In this document: positions 13,533-26,502 of the stretch, piece after piece
Position numbering within the stretch: the stretch's first letter is position 1
Layout of the letters: each line of letters opens with the position of its first letter
Assembly (NCBI GenBank): GCA_038496445.1
Contig: JALMLS010000143.1
Span: 448,508 to 512,507 of the forward strand
DNA: 64,000 nucleotides
Direction of reading: 5' to 3'
Source: Trichosphaerium sp. ATCC 40318
Lineage: Eukaryota; Protista; Tubulinea
Notes under the pieces: generated by a model
What the model saw: the letters and a program-made list of their open reading frames with translations, nothing else
The model's database searches: none
What the model was told of the DNA's origin: nothing
Position numbers and translations under genes: made by a program

Positions 13533-13772
13533 GAAATCAATCTTATATTCGTATTGCGTGACAACTTCAAGATGTCCAAAGATATAGCATGCCTGGCGCA
13601 GAATTCTCTTTCACTGTCGGAGAACATTGTTCGCACTTCTCCACAAAAAGGACTATAGCAAGTTTCACCAATATTATGGTAACAGTAATCTTACCACAGA
13701 CATTGTTGTTCTCATTCATAAGCCAGTTTGCAACTTACAATTACGTAAAATCGAAACGGAGATTTTCTGAAA
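13533..13772 (-). pseudogene. Collapsed relic of the LRR-BTB gene family (paralog of the gene at ~45.7-48.3 kb)
   Basis: Reverse complement matches three separated blocks of that gene in order: ~45861-46002, ~47634-47725 and ~48189-48219 (e.g. GTCACGCAATACGAATATAAGA). Confidence 0.75.
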
Positions 13773-14121
13773 ATTACTTGTTGCCTATTTGGAACTGGCT
13801 TGAAAATCGTATGTATTGTTTTCAACACGTACCCTCATAGTACTAAAACATCCGTGCATATAAATTCTAACGAACACTACCGTACTAACCGAGCTTTCTA
13901 TTCAGGAATAAACCGGTTCGGAATTTCAACCGTTTTTACCCTTTGACCGTTCTATGAGTTAGCTCTCTACCTGATAACACTAACAAATGATTTAGGCTAA
14001 AGTGAGATTAGGATGTGACAAAAGAATGGAAGATCATTGAGAATAGTTCCGTAGATATCAAATGTCAACTTACTTCTCGAAGTTGTAAAATGTCAAAGTG
14101 AGTCTTTTTTCTGAGTTGCAA

Positions 14122-14718
14122 ATGGCCAATAATAACGTTAACGCATACTATATTGATAGACTTACAAGACTGCAAGAGCTATGTGACAGGTATAGAACCG
14201 CTTATGAACAAGAAAGAGAGGACAAAAATGCACAAATAGAACAACTTCAAATCTTCCATAGACAGTATGAAGAGCGCACTGAGAGCGAAAAAGGACAAAT
14301 GCAGGAACAAATTAATATCTTGACTGTAAGTTTAACCGTTTCTTTGTTTTGTCAAAAAAATAGCATTATTTCAATTGCTCACACAATGGTTAAAGGCTCG
14401 CCTACGCGAAAGACAACCAGTAGCACCTGTTCAGCGATACCGACATGACCAACAAGTAGAACCAGCATATAACCATCCGAGGAGACATAGTTTTACCACT
14501 GGACATGTACACGTCCATTCAACGCCTGAGCTGAATAGGTAAGGTGTTCTTGTAAGGTTAAATCTCACGATGAATTCTATTAGTGAGAAACAGTTTGATC
14601 CTCTTGATTATGACCCTAGAACCAGCCAGCAACAGCTGTATGATTGGGTGCGTCATATAGACATTAATACAAAACAATTGTTCGCCATATTAATTTGTGA
14701 TAGCAACAAATGCCTTGA
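14122..14718 (+). CDS. Hypothetical coiled-coil protein, multi-exon
   Basis: ATG at 14122; Q/E/R-rich heptad exon; further exons bounded by GT-AG; predicted TGA at 14716-14718. Confidence 0.5.
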
Positions 14719-15092
14719 CGCCATCTCGTAATAATTGTACCACCGAGAGCTTGTAAAACAGTGAATTCTTAATGTTATTGTAGCATTTTTAGCTTGTTTT
14801 TGAGTAGTCCCGCTGTAGGAGCAGCTGTTGCCTATAATATCAAGTGATAGCTCGTTCTATGGCGTTTTAGCTGTAAAGACCTCCCAAGTTACAACTTTTT
14901 CGTGTAGTGTATTAAATCGCGTAATTATGTGTTTTCAGACAACACAGAAGGTTTGAGGACAAAACCTGAGGCTTGCTAAACAACTTTCGCGAGAAGTGAT
15001 AGTAAATGAAAGTAAAACTTTTTTTTCAAACTCATGACATTTCATTTATTGTTTGTCTTGAAATACGATTTTATAAGCTTCAAGGGTTTATA

Positions 15093-17098
15093 TTAGCTTT
15101 GTTTTTGCTTCTTGGATGTGCAAAAACAACAAGCACAACAGCAATATAGCGTATACATGCTTAAAATGAATATTAAAAAAGTTACTGCGTAAACAATATA
15201 ACCCCATTTATACTTTGGCCACTTTGCCCAATCAGGTCCCTCTGTGCACTCCTCTGTAGAAGGTTCAAATGAACCTTCTTTCATATTTGCAAAAGGTAGC
15301 ACATGTTCAATGACAACCTTACAAAGAGTTCAGTAACAGCAGAAGCGGTTGGTGTAAATAAAAGCGAAATTTACCTTTTTCTTGTCACGGATTTGAACTA
15401 TCACATTCTTTGCTTCCCAGTCTATTTCAATGACACCAAAATTTAATCCAGTGTACACATCAAGTTGTGTAACAGATTTCATCGGATTTTTTAACAGCCA
15501 CTCACAAAGATCTAAAAAAGGATAAAAATAAAAACCTGTCACGTGACTAAAAAAAAATATCTAGGTTAAGTTTTTTCGTACTTCCTGGGAGTTGAGTGCC
15601 ACAGGTATGAGTGATACCGGATGAAGTGACTTCAAAAAGGGGATATGCAAGTTCTTTGTTGTAGATTGAGAATGTTTCACCTGTCAAAGCATTTAACAAA
15701 CACAAAGCAATTTTTGTGTACCATGATGAACGTCACCAGATAGAATTATGGCACCTGGTACTTTAGTATCACCTATAAGTTTGAAGAGTCGCTTTCTAGC
15801 ATTTGGAAAACATGACCTAGGCCAATAAGACAAAAAACGAAAATGACGAAAGTGTCAAAATGTCATGTACCATTTTTCAATGAATGCAATGTCATTGGGT
15901 ATAACTTGTGTACCAGATCCAATCAAATGAATTTGAGCCGTGGAGTTTGTTAATTGGTCCTCTAATGACATAAGAAGGAAATAAATTGCGTCAACACAGA
16001 AATGACCGAAGTAGAAAAAAAAGTTTGACAATTGAACACATAGTAATAACTAACCTAACCAAGCCCATTGGGCTTCACCCAGGATATTACCATCTCCAGT
16101 GTAACCTTCTCTAAAATATCGAGTATCAAGTAGTATTATCTTGACTTGATTTGGAGGTTCTCCATACGACTGAGGTTTGAGTGAGTTGAAAGAAAGAGAA
16201 AAATAGTATCAAAAATCTGCTTATTATCTTCAACGTACGTAGCTCCCATAAAGGCCTGTTCATATTACTTAATTAGATACACACGTCATGGAGGGAAAGG
16301 GTACCTTCTCTTGAGCGTCTAACGCTGGTTTCTGGCTCATCAACAAAATCCATAAAAATTTCTTTAACTTCGTTTTTGTATTTGTAAGTGTAATCGCCGT
16401 CATTCCTTCAAACTGTCACAGATTGTAACGCCAATAATTGATTACGTACATGCCATAGTCATGATCATCCTAATAGAGGTAAGGAGATGACGACAAGCCA
16501 ACAAAAAGCAAAAAACATACCCAAACGCCAATTATTTTTGAAATGCCTCTCAATTTAGTGTACGCAGGCTTGTTCTTTTGTTCATTGTAAATGTCTTTCA
16601 TCTCATCAATAGTAGAACTCTCCCAGTAAGTTCTGGATTGTAGAAAGTCAATTAGAACGTCAAAGCACAAGTCTAAGCGTAAAACGTACGGATATGTCAT
16701 TTTGTCAGCGTAGACAACGTCACCAAGCCAGACTACACAAAACGCGTAAGCAAGTATCAGATATACCGTATTTAGTATATATTCATGCTTTAGAGCGGGT
16801 TTTAGATTGTCCGCAAGAAAAGGGTACATAACGCATATAAACGCTTTCCTGTGTTAGCATACGCGTGCTTACGTACCCCAAAGGTCAGGTTTGTAGTCTA
16901 CGATGTCATCCCACATGTCTTGAGGCAATTTGCGTCTATTGCAGCTTCCAAACGCGATTTTAGATACTCCATCGCTAATTACTTCATCTGCTGGAACCTG
17001 GCACTCAGTAAGCGCTAAAACTCATAGTAAATACGTACACAGTATACTACTTGTATTAACACAATAAGTGTCGCTACTAGGCGACCAAGCACAGTCAT
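15093..17098 (-). CDS. phoD: PhoD-family alkaline phosphatase with signal peptide and C-terminal TM helix, multi-exon
   Basis: KIAFGSCN, VWLGDVVYAD, GVWDDHDYG, IILLDTRYFR, ILGEAQWAW, ILSGDVHH and EVTSSGITH. Confidence 0.9.
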
Positions 17099-17260
17099 TC
17101 ACCTAGTTGCAACCTTCAATGAAGACAAAGTGAGTAAGTGAGCAACTTAGTTTGCGCCAGTCATTGTGACTTCAATGAAAACAATTTACGTTAAACTTGT
17201 TATCCAGTGTAGTATGTACACAAAAACTTGATTGCTCAAGTGTATTTTAACCTCGCAATC

Positions 17261-17780
17261 TTAGTGTAAGTGTAAAATACCATAAAAGGAAGACAGTTTG
17301 AATATAAAAAACGGAAATAGACAAAAATGGTCAGTTTGCCTCTCAGGATTTGTTGCATTTGCGAGTCTGTCAATCAATACCTGTTTGTTTCCTTGCTTGT
17401 TAAGGTTCAATGTACTATAATGTCTTGCAGAGAATGATTTTTTCTTGTTTTCTACCATTTCCGGGGTCAGGTGAGCACGGCCTGAAAACACTTTTGTGTA
17501 AAAATCGTGACAAATTACTACACCATTCTTTGGCCTTACTTTTTCTCTTCCCTGTCTTATTGTCCCAATCAAGGCATTCATAGTGGTACCATATATCACA
17601 GTAATCTCATCGTATCATCGCTTTGTCTGTTACTTCTTTTCTACTGTCGGCAATCTTCAAAACAATGAAATTTTGGTTTTTTATCTCTTTTCTGTGATGT
17701 TCACTTAACGAAGCTTTCTACCTTTTCTTCTGATAACGCTTTTACTTTCTCGGATAGGAGCTCACACACCTCCTGTGCTA
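17261..17780 (-). pseudogene. Degraded coding relic with SAP-like motif
   Basis: LNLNKQGNKQVLIDRL resembles the SAP consensus (GLxxxGxKxxLIxRL); upstream frames are interrupted by stops. Confidence 0.25.
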
Positions 17781-18185
17781 ATACTATATTGTTGCCTATA
17801 CCATGTCTGTTGCACTTCCGTGACAAAAAACTTAAGTCACGAGATAGTCCACAGTTTTTTTTCAAAATCAGACAAACACGTGGAGTTGGAATCTGTTTTG
17901 GATCACCAGTATTTTAGCCACTATCCAAGTAACCACTCAACAATCTTACCCTAGATATTTTTCTTACGCATGAAAGATGCCACCTTAACCTTAGAGTTAG
18001 TTTTCTTTGGTTTATTGCGATACTCGCACAACAGGTTAAAAATGCGCACGTGATGAGTTTTTGAAGATTGTTAGGAAGTTTTGACAGGGTTTTACCATAA
18101 TTTTCAACTACCGGAAAGAGCTAACATCGGAAAGCAATTACAGTACAACTAAACAGTAGCCTGTAAAGCTTGGCAACGAAGTATT

Positions 18186-21100
18186 ATGGCCACTACTGAA
18201 AAGCCACGCCTTGGTAAAACCTATAATTGCGCCTGCTGTTTCAGAAAAATTAAACATGGTGAAATACGCTATGGGTGTACCTCTAGTTCATGTACAAAGA
18301 TTAGTTTTTGCGTTCAATGTAAAAACGCGAATATTCATTCAAAACATACTCTTTTCCCTGAAGAAGGTACTTATTAGCTAATCAGACCGCCTAAACTATC
18401 GTTTAAAGTATAGTTTGATTCGAAATGTTAACGCCTGGTTAATATAGTGTTTAAATATCATCGAAAACACCTAGTTTCAGCTGATACAGTATCAGGATCA
18501 CTGTGGTACGTCAGGCTTTACGCTTGTTTGTTAATTGAATCGTAACGTATCAAAAAGGAAGGCGTTCCTTCTCTACGCCAATAGGCCAGCTATTGGTTAT
18601 CAAACACCTGAAATGACAGAACCAAAATGGCTTTCTTACAGAGATCTACATAAGCTTGTTTTTCGATTTCGTTGTGTTCTTTCAGAACGTCTTGGATTAT
18701 GTCGTGGAGACTTTGTTGGTATTTCAAGTGCTAATTGTATCGAATGGATAGTAGCTGACTTGTCTTGTATTACACTTGCAATCATCCCCGTGCCAATACA
18801 CGTGCCTTTTGGTAATTGTTTTTTTTAATGATCTTTTTTGGTCATAATTTCTCTGTTGATTTTTCCGCTTATGCTGTGGTCAACACTTTAATGTACTATC
18901 CTTAGATGCAACCCAAATATCGACAGTTGTAGATAAGACAAAAATGACGTGTGTTGTATGCTCAAAGGCTTTGAGTGAAAAGGCAAGTTTAAACTGTACT
19001 GAAATCAAATACCAACATACTTGAGGTAGTTTCTGAATGTTAGAGAGCAAACCTATTCGCTAAAGAAATTGGTTGTGATAGGAGATGTTGCTACCGACAA
19101 GAGCAAGAATATATATTCTTATACATCGCTTATGGATGATATAACAGAACCTACAGATGAGCAACTAAAGTTCTTTATCGATCCTTCTTCACCGAACGAT
19201 ATATTTGCTGCAGAGACAACAAGTGGCTCCACTGGCGTGCCAAAGGCAACTACATATTTCTAATTAGTGTACATGTATCTAATATTGCTTGTTAGTGCGT
19301 TATGTTTAAAGCAGGCGCTTATCTATGTGATGCTCTTCGTGTTTTTTATGGACAAGGAAACGTTTTGCTACATGCTCCTTTTGCTTATTGTACTCGAAGA
19401 ACAATAATTAGATCACTTATTCATGGAACACGTCTTGCCTTATCAACTAATGCAAGTATAAGTTGGTGTCCCCTTTATGCCTTTCTAATATATAAGTTAG
19501 GGATCAGCCAATGTGTTTCAAGATATGTATGTGTTCAAGCCAACAAGAATAAGTGGTATGCTTTTTTTTTCTTCTTTGAAATAAATTTATTTGTTGTTTT
19601 GTTTGCACTTACTTGAGTGGTAAGGTGTCCCTCGATTTTGGAAAATATTATATTTAAGATATCAAGATCTACTCGAGGAACACAAAAGAAGAAACAAAAG
19701 TGATACAGTAAGTAGTGCTGCCGTTGTAAAAAAGTGAGTTCACAGTACGAAAATATTAGCCTTTTGATGAAAATGTTGTACGGACAGATTTTTACGAGAG
19801 GCTTGGCGGACAGCTTGCTGGTATATCTATTGGAGGTGCATCGGTACCAAGAAAGATATTGAAATGGATGAAGAGGTACAAAGCATTTTTCATTCAAATC
19901 TAACGTGTGTAGCACATTTGGTGAAACGACGGATATTTATGAAGGCTATGGTATGACTGAAATCGGCGGTATTTATTCAAACAATCAGATCAAATCAGCT
20001 GCACATGTTAAACTTGTTGATTGGCAAGAGTATAAAGCAACAGATAAACCTTATCCACGTGGTAAATATCGTCAAAAAAACATTAAAAAAAAAAAAAGGA
20101 AGTTTCTTTTTCTATTCAGTAACTCTTTGTACAGGTGAGATTTGTGTTAAGGAACCATCCATGTTTTGTGGTTATTATGGAGACGAAGCAAAGACGTAAG
20201 TTACAGACTTGTGCTAACTGTGCAGTATAAATAATAAACGAAAAGGGCTGAGGTTATTGATAAAGAAGGGTATTTCCACACAGGCGATATAGGAAGACTT
20301 GATAATGGTAACCTTGTCATTGTGGATAGGTATGTTTTTGAACATACTACAAAATTCATGTATTCTAAACATTGTTTAGGAAAAAGTCGTTGTTCAAGCT
20401 TTCTCAAGGAGAGTTTATTGCGTATGTACAAACATGTTTTAAATAATTTATATTATTGTAGGCCTGAATGTTTGGAGAATATTTACGAACGGAGTGAGTT
20501 TATAGATCAGATATTTATTTGGGGGGACGTCCAAAAGAGTTATATTATTGCAGTTATCATCCCAAATGAGGAAGCTGTCCTAAATTGGATTCAAAACAAC
20601 AAAGAACCTCCAGTGCGTTGCATTAAAACCCCAAATCCCTTTTAATATGGTTTGGTTTAGAAGAGTGTTGATGACGCCCTCATGGACAAAAGGTTGATAA
20701 ATGATATTATGAATACTATAAACGATCTTGCTAAGAAAGCACATGTGCGTCATTGAGCATCATTTCTTAGGGACAGTCCGGAAGGACAGAGACGAGTTAT
20801 TGTTGTGCTAAGATTATTAAATCTTTACTAGGTCCGGCGCTATGAAATACCTTCTGGTATAATACTCTCAAACCACAGGTGGACACCGATGAATCAATTA
20901 TTAACGCCTTCTCTAAAGCTAAGAAGACCGTTACTGGAAAAACATTATCGTGCTTCATTAGAAAAAGAAATGGAAGAAATAGACAACCAAAGTGGTTCTG
21001 TTACAGCTAATACTAAAGGTACAATGGTGGGTTATTTGCGGGTTTTCTTTTATAAGTATTAACACTAATTAAGCTACTGGAATGGCGTCAATCTTAAACA

Positions 21101-23154
21101 GAGTTCTACAACTCGATGCAAACAGAGATATTTCAAAAGCAGATGATTTTTCTTCTCTTGGCGGAGATTCAATGGCAGCTGCTCAAGTAAGAAAGACGTC
21201 TTCACAACTAAACTAACCAATGTACTTTAAATAGCTTGTTAAGATTGTTAAAGATGAAATGGACGTTGATATTTCTGTACAATCTCTTTACGAAGTTGAA
21301 GGGTACTGACAAGCTTTTTCTCTTTTTTTTCTTGTGCTTCACTCAGAATAATTTCATTGATAATAATAATATCTAGACTACGCCAACTTGCAGATTACGT
21401 TGATGGCGCTTCATTACTACCGAGTGAGCCTGTAGAAGTGAATGGAGACTTACAAATCTTCGACTGGGCTTCTGAGACCTCTCTTGATGATGACATCAAA
21501 CCAAACACGTCTTATAGCGGCCCTAGAGGAAGCGATATATTTCTCACTGGTGCTACAGGGTTTGTTGGGTGTTTTCTTTTGAGGGAATTATTGGATAAAA
21601 CAACCTCTAAAATTCTATGTTTGACACGTGTGAACGAGTGTTCAAAAGATCAATCTCTCAATGAGAAACATGCGAAAGAAAGGATTGAATCTACTGCAAA
21701 AAAGTTTGGGATATCTCTAGAAGGATACAACGAAAGAATTATACCTGTACACATCATGCACATAACGTTGACTAAATGTTTTGTTCAAGATTGTTGGAGA
21801 TTTGTCACAACTGAGGTTTGGACAAAGTGAAAAAGATTTTTCTACGTTGGCTTCACGCATAAATACCATATATCATTGTGGTGCTCTGGTGAATTTTATA
21901 AAGCCTTACTCAGCACATAAACCCGCAAATGGTACCACTCAATACATCTTTCTCAAAACATACTTAATCTTTTCGTATCATAGTGACAGGGACACGTGAG
22001 GTTATTAAACTTGCTTCTATTGGATATCCAAAACCTATACACCATATATCTACTGTATCAGTATTCCCACCTGGATTTCCCGTATGTTAAAAGAGTTTAA
22101 TACCCATGCTAACCTAAGGTTACAGATAAAACGAGAGGAGGAAATTACTGATGAAACTCATAAAATGAGTGGATACGGGTACCTTTTTTCATAGAATGTT
22201 TGCGTTTGATATGTGCTAACAAGTAGTAAGGTTAAGCAAGCTTGTTTCTGAAAAATTGTTGTTAAAGGCAAAAGAAAGAGGACATCCAGTAGTCGTGTAT
22301 AGACTTGGCACAATAACAGGTGAGATTGACTGATTTTTGATTAACGAAAAAAACGTAATTGTTTGTTGTTTTTCCACCTACTCAGAGTCTCCATACTTAG
22401 TTTCTTTGTAATTTTTGCCTATTCGGTCCTATTCTTTTCATTTCCTTCTTCATCCTCTGATTGTTTCTTTGCGCTTATAAAAACCTGCACAGTTTTTTGC
22501 ATTCATTTTGTTGTTAACTTTTTACTTCTACAGGCCACTCTGTCACTGGCAACTGCAATGAAACAGACTATATCAATAGACTAATTATTGGTATAATCAA
22601 TGCAAAGTGTATACTGCCATATGATAAAGCAGCATATAAAGTCGTACCTGTCGATACATGTGTACAAAAGATAGTTCAAATAAGGCACAAGAAAAACTGT
22701 CTTTTCTGTTGCTCTTTGCTAACTATGTTGATAGTTTGATGCCTGCATTGAAACACTACATATTCCATATAGATCATGAAGGTGAAACAAAGTTATCTCT
22801 TGTCATAGATCACGCAAGGAAAAGTGGATATAGCATTGATAATGTCGGTATAGAAGATTTTCGAGACAAAATAAAGAACAAATCAAACCCGCTCTGCGTG
22901 TTACAGCATGTTTTCAAAGATGGACACAAATGGCCTAGACTAGTTAAAACAGTGTAAGTAGCCTTACCAAACCCTCATTTATTTAATGCTAGCCCTTTAA
23001 AACTTACAAACAATGTAGATGTGACAACACCAATGAAGCATTGAAAGAATCTGGATTAGAGTTTCCTAAACTTGATGTTAAGCTGATTGATGTCTACTTG
23101 AATTATTTTGAGTCCAGAAATCTTATACACAAGGATTCTAAATTATATGACTGA
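18186..23154 (+). CDS. Carboxylic acid reductase / NRPS-like A-T-R enzyme with N-terminal ZZ-type zinc finger, multi-exon
   Basis: Exon 1 CxxC..RYxCxxxxC....CxxC....H..H. A domain TTSGSTGVPK, EGYGMTE, PYPRGEICVK, YFHTGDIG, FKLSQGEFI. PCP LGGDSM. Reductase IFLTGATGFVG, IYHCGALVN, HHISTVSV, SKLVSE, YRLGTI. Confidence 0.85.
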
Positions 23155-24068
23155 ATATGTGGTACATTTCAGGCGTTTGAACAATATGAACCAGATCCAA
23201 CGACAGTACTAGTATACGACAACAACAACCCGTCAGATAGCAAGCAGAAATCACCTCCCAACCCTCAAAATTTTTTTTCTCTACCTTTTGTAAAAATTTC
23301 CTTTTTCTAAAAACTTTATTTTTGCATGACGCGATCGTGACTGTAATGTAAATAAATCACACACACTCACTCTGCGCCTGAGCTATCTGTCAGTAAATAT
23401 ATGTTCCTACCTCCCAAAATAACGTCGTAGTTGCAAGTGAGGATCTGGAATAAGTGGTCTAAAATTGAGTTTTGCACAGTAACCAACCAAGAACATTCTT
23501 CGAAAATATGGGCATTAACTTGAAAGCGTTGTCTTGCAAAACCATGTACTATGTTAAATACCTTTCTGTTAACAAGGTTTAATATCTTATTAGTGTACCT
23601 TGTTTTATTTTGGTAAGTACCAAATGTTAGAACCCTGAGAGCATTGATAGCATGCTGGGTAGAAACCAAAGAACGATTTTCTTTGGAAGAAAAAATTTAT
23701 TTACTCACTTAAATAATGCCAGCCAGTTTACGTATATCGGCCTAAGGAAATATGCATATCCTCATAAATCTCTATCAAAGGGTTTTCTAAAAACATGTCA
23801 TGATAGTTAACAAAAATTGTGAGCATACGATCAAATGGAACTCGATGTATTGAGCCTACCGAAATCCTTGTTATTATACTCTCTGAATTCAATGGAAACT
23901 TTTGTACAGATACACTACAATTGCTACAGTCACCTGCATCGAATGGTTAACGTAAAACGTCATACTACATTTACAAACGACATTCTAAAATCACAAGAAC
24001 AATCAAGACAATTACCATAGCTAGTAAAAAAAATTCATGCATACATTTAATCTTTTGGTTGCTTGCGT

Positions 24069-25590
24069 TCATACAAAAAAGTTGTTCTCAGCATGTGTTC
24101 TGTCTGTCTGAATAGGATGTCCACTTTCTTTTTCAAGTGCTTTTATGCATTCTTCCGTAATTGAAGTGCGTTCAAAGTATATTGTATGAATTGTGTTCAG
24201 TTCTTTTACACCTTCATCTGTCAAATGCTTGCACGATCTCACACTAAGTGTATGGACTCCTTTCAGAGCTCTTATTCCTTCATCCGTAACAAAAGTGTAA
24301 TCTAGGTGTAGGCTATGAACTCCTTTCAGTGTTTTGATCCCATCATCCGTCACATTTAAACACAGTGTAATGCTAAGCGAATGAATTCCTTTCAGAGCTC
24401 TTATTCCGTCATCTGTAACTGAAGTGTTAGTGAGATCAAGGGTATGAACTCCTTTTAAGGCTTTAATGCCTTCATCTGTCACATTCGGACAATCTGTAAG
24501 GTCAACCGCACGAGCACCTTGCAGTGCTTTCAATCCTTCGTTTGCTACTGCCGTGTTACTGAGATTTATCGTATGAACTCCTGACAACGCTTTAACACTT
24601 TTATCTGTTGCTAAAGTGCCAGCAAGGTCAATGGTATGAACTCCTTTCAACGCCTTTATCCCTTCATCTGTTATTCCAACACATTCTCTGAGGTATATGG
24701 TGTGAACTCCTGCTAGCGCTTTGATTCCTTCATCTGTAACTGAAGTGTAGTCAAGGGAAATGGTATGGACTCCTTTCAAGTCTTTGATGCCTTCATCCAC
24801 CACATGCATACAATTTGTAAGGTTAACATCGTAAGCACCTCGAAGTGCTTTGAGACCTTCATTTGCCACAGCTGTGTGGCTGAGATTAATTGTGTGAACT
24901 CCTGACAACGCCTTAACACCCTCATCTGTTGCTAAAGTACCCTCAAGGCTAATAGTATGACAACCTGCTAGTGCTTTTATCCCTTCATTTGTAAATTCTT
25001 CTGAATAGTCAAGGCCAATGGTATGAACTCCCGCCAGCGCTTTGAGTCCTTCATCTGTAACTACTGTGTAGTCAAGGCGAATGGTGTGTACTCCTGACAA
25101 CGCTTTGACTCCCTTGCTTGTAACATTTGTCCCATCCAGGTGAATGGTGTGAACGCCTTGTAGTGAACTTACACCTTCATCTGTTATACTCATACAATTG
25201 TTAAGGTCAATCGTGTGAACTCCTGATAGTGCTTTGATTCCCTCATCTCTAACCATTGTATTACCAAGACAAATTGTGCGAACACCAGCAAGTTCTTTTA
25301 GATTAGAACTATTAATAGAACCATCATTTGGATGTGGAGGTTTGTGTTCCATGTAGCTTATAGTAATTTTAGTATTGTTCATGACTCCTCTATACTGTTT
25401 TATCTTTAACATATCTTGAACACAAGCTATTTTAACCTCATAATATCCAACTACATCGTGAATGACATCAGCCATCAAGTGACATGATTGAGCAACAGAA
25501 AACTTATCAAGATTTTCTGTATGGCATAGAATACGTGCAATAACCTCGACTGGAAGATCCAGAATAGTACATTCTTTGACACCTGAGACT
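24069..25590 (-). CDS. Intronless F-box + leucine-rich-repeat protein (GVHTIDL..VTDEGIKAL repeats)
   Basis: >1.4 kb open frame with ~17 LRRs of 22-24 aa. The frame extends upstream of the tracked ORF through TILDLPVEVIARIL (F-box). No in-frame ATG found upstream of the F-box. Confidence 0.8.
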
Positions 25591-26502
25591 TCTCTTTTTC
25601 TATTTTAGCGAGTTAAAACGATTGAACTTTAACACAAAGGGGTCGCACTTTCACGAAATCACGATTTACGAACAAGCTGTGTTTTTTTTCAAATGTTGTA
25701 CAAAAGGCGGTAAAAGAACTGATTTCTTAGAATGACTGAACAAACACTTACCTGGACAAAATCTCGTGTGTTTTTGAAAGGGTATCAGAGTGCTTTGCGT
25801 TTACGACAGGATCCACGTGATTTAGTATTAATTCATCAAGTTGCTTTGCCAGAGACGCATTTGAGATGTTTAAGATACTCTCAAGCTGTTTTATAAACGT
25901 TTTTTGTTTAGTCAGTGCCATTTTATTGAACGCTTCTGAGTGCTTGTTTTGATAGTATAGTAGTGCTTGTTGAACTGATGTACCAAATGAAGTCATTTGT
26001 TTAGACGTTGTAGTGCAAGCGCTTTGTCCCAATGTCTTTAAGTAACGTCATAGAAATAATCGTTTCTTCCACGAAAAATAGTTTGTTTGACTGAATAGTC
26101 GAGTGAAGGAGTAGCTGCGTTTATCGCCCGGAAAACGTTAGCTATTTCGGGTCAAATCCATGCTTTGAAATAATCTCAACTTGAATATGTTTCCAAAAGG
26201 ATTCTCGGGTAATGACAAAACTAGTTTAGAAGTAATCTTTTTCCTATTACGGAAGTATATTGGAACTATTATCTTGAATTTATCCGAGTTCGCTCTTACT
26301 TACTTATTTGATGGCTTCGTTCTTTACGCTTTATCTTTCATTCCCATATGTGCGCTCCATGTTATAAAACAGAAAAGCAAGGAGGGCTGCTAGTTGTTTG
26401 AGGAAAAGGTGTTTATTATGTGTACAAAAAAATTGTGGTACGGATATCTTGTTTTAAAGAAGAGCGCGATTACACGCCCAGTGGTACATCGTAAATAATT
26501 TT

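Noticed and set aside
23367-24020. Short ORFs between the CAR and LRR genes (also 25748-26032, 29051-29640, 57479-57775)
   Set aside because: Mostly non-ATG starts with no recognisable domains; possibly relics but unsupported.
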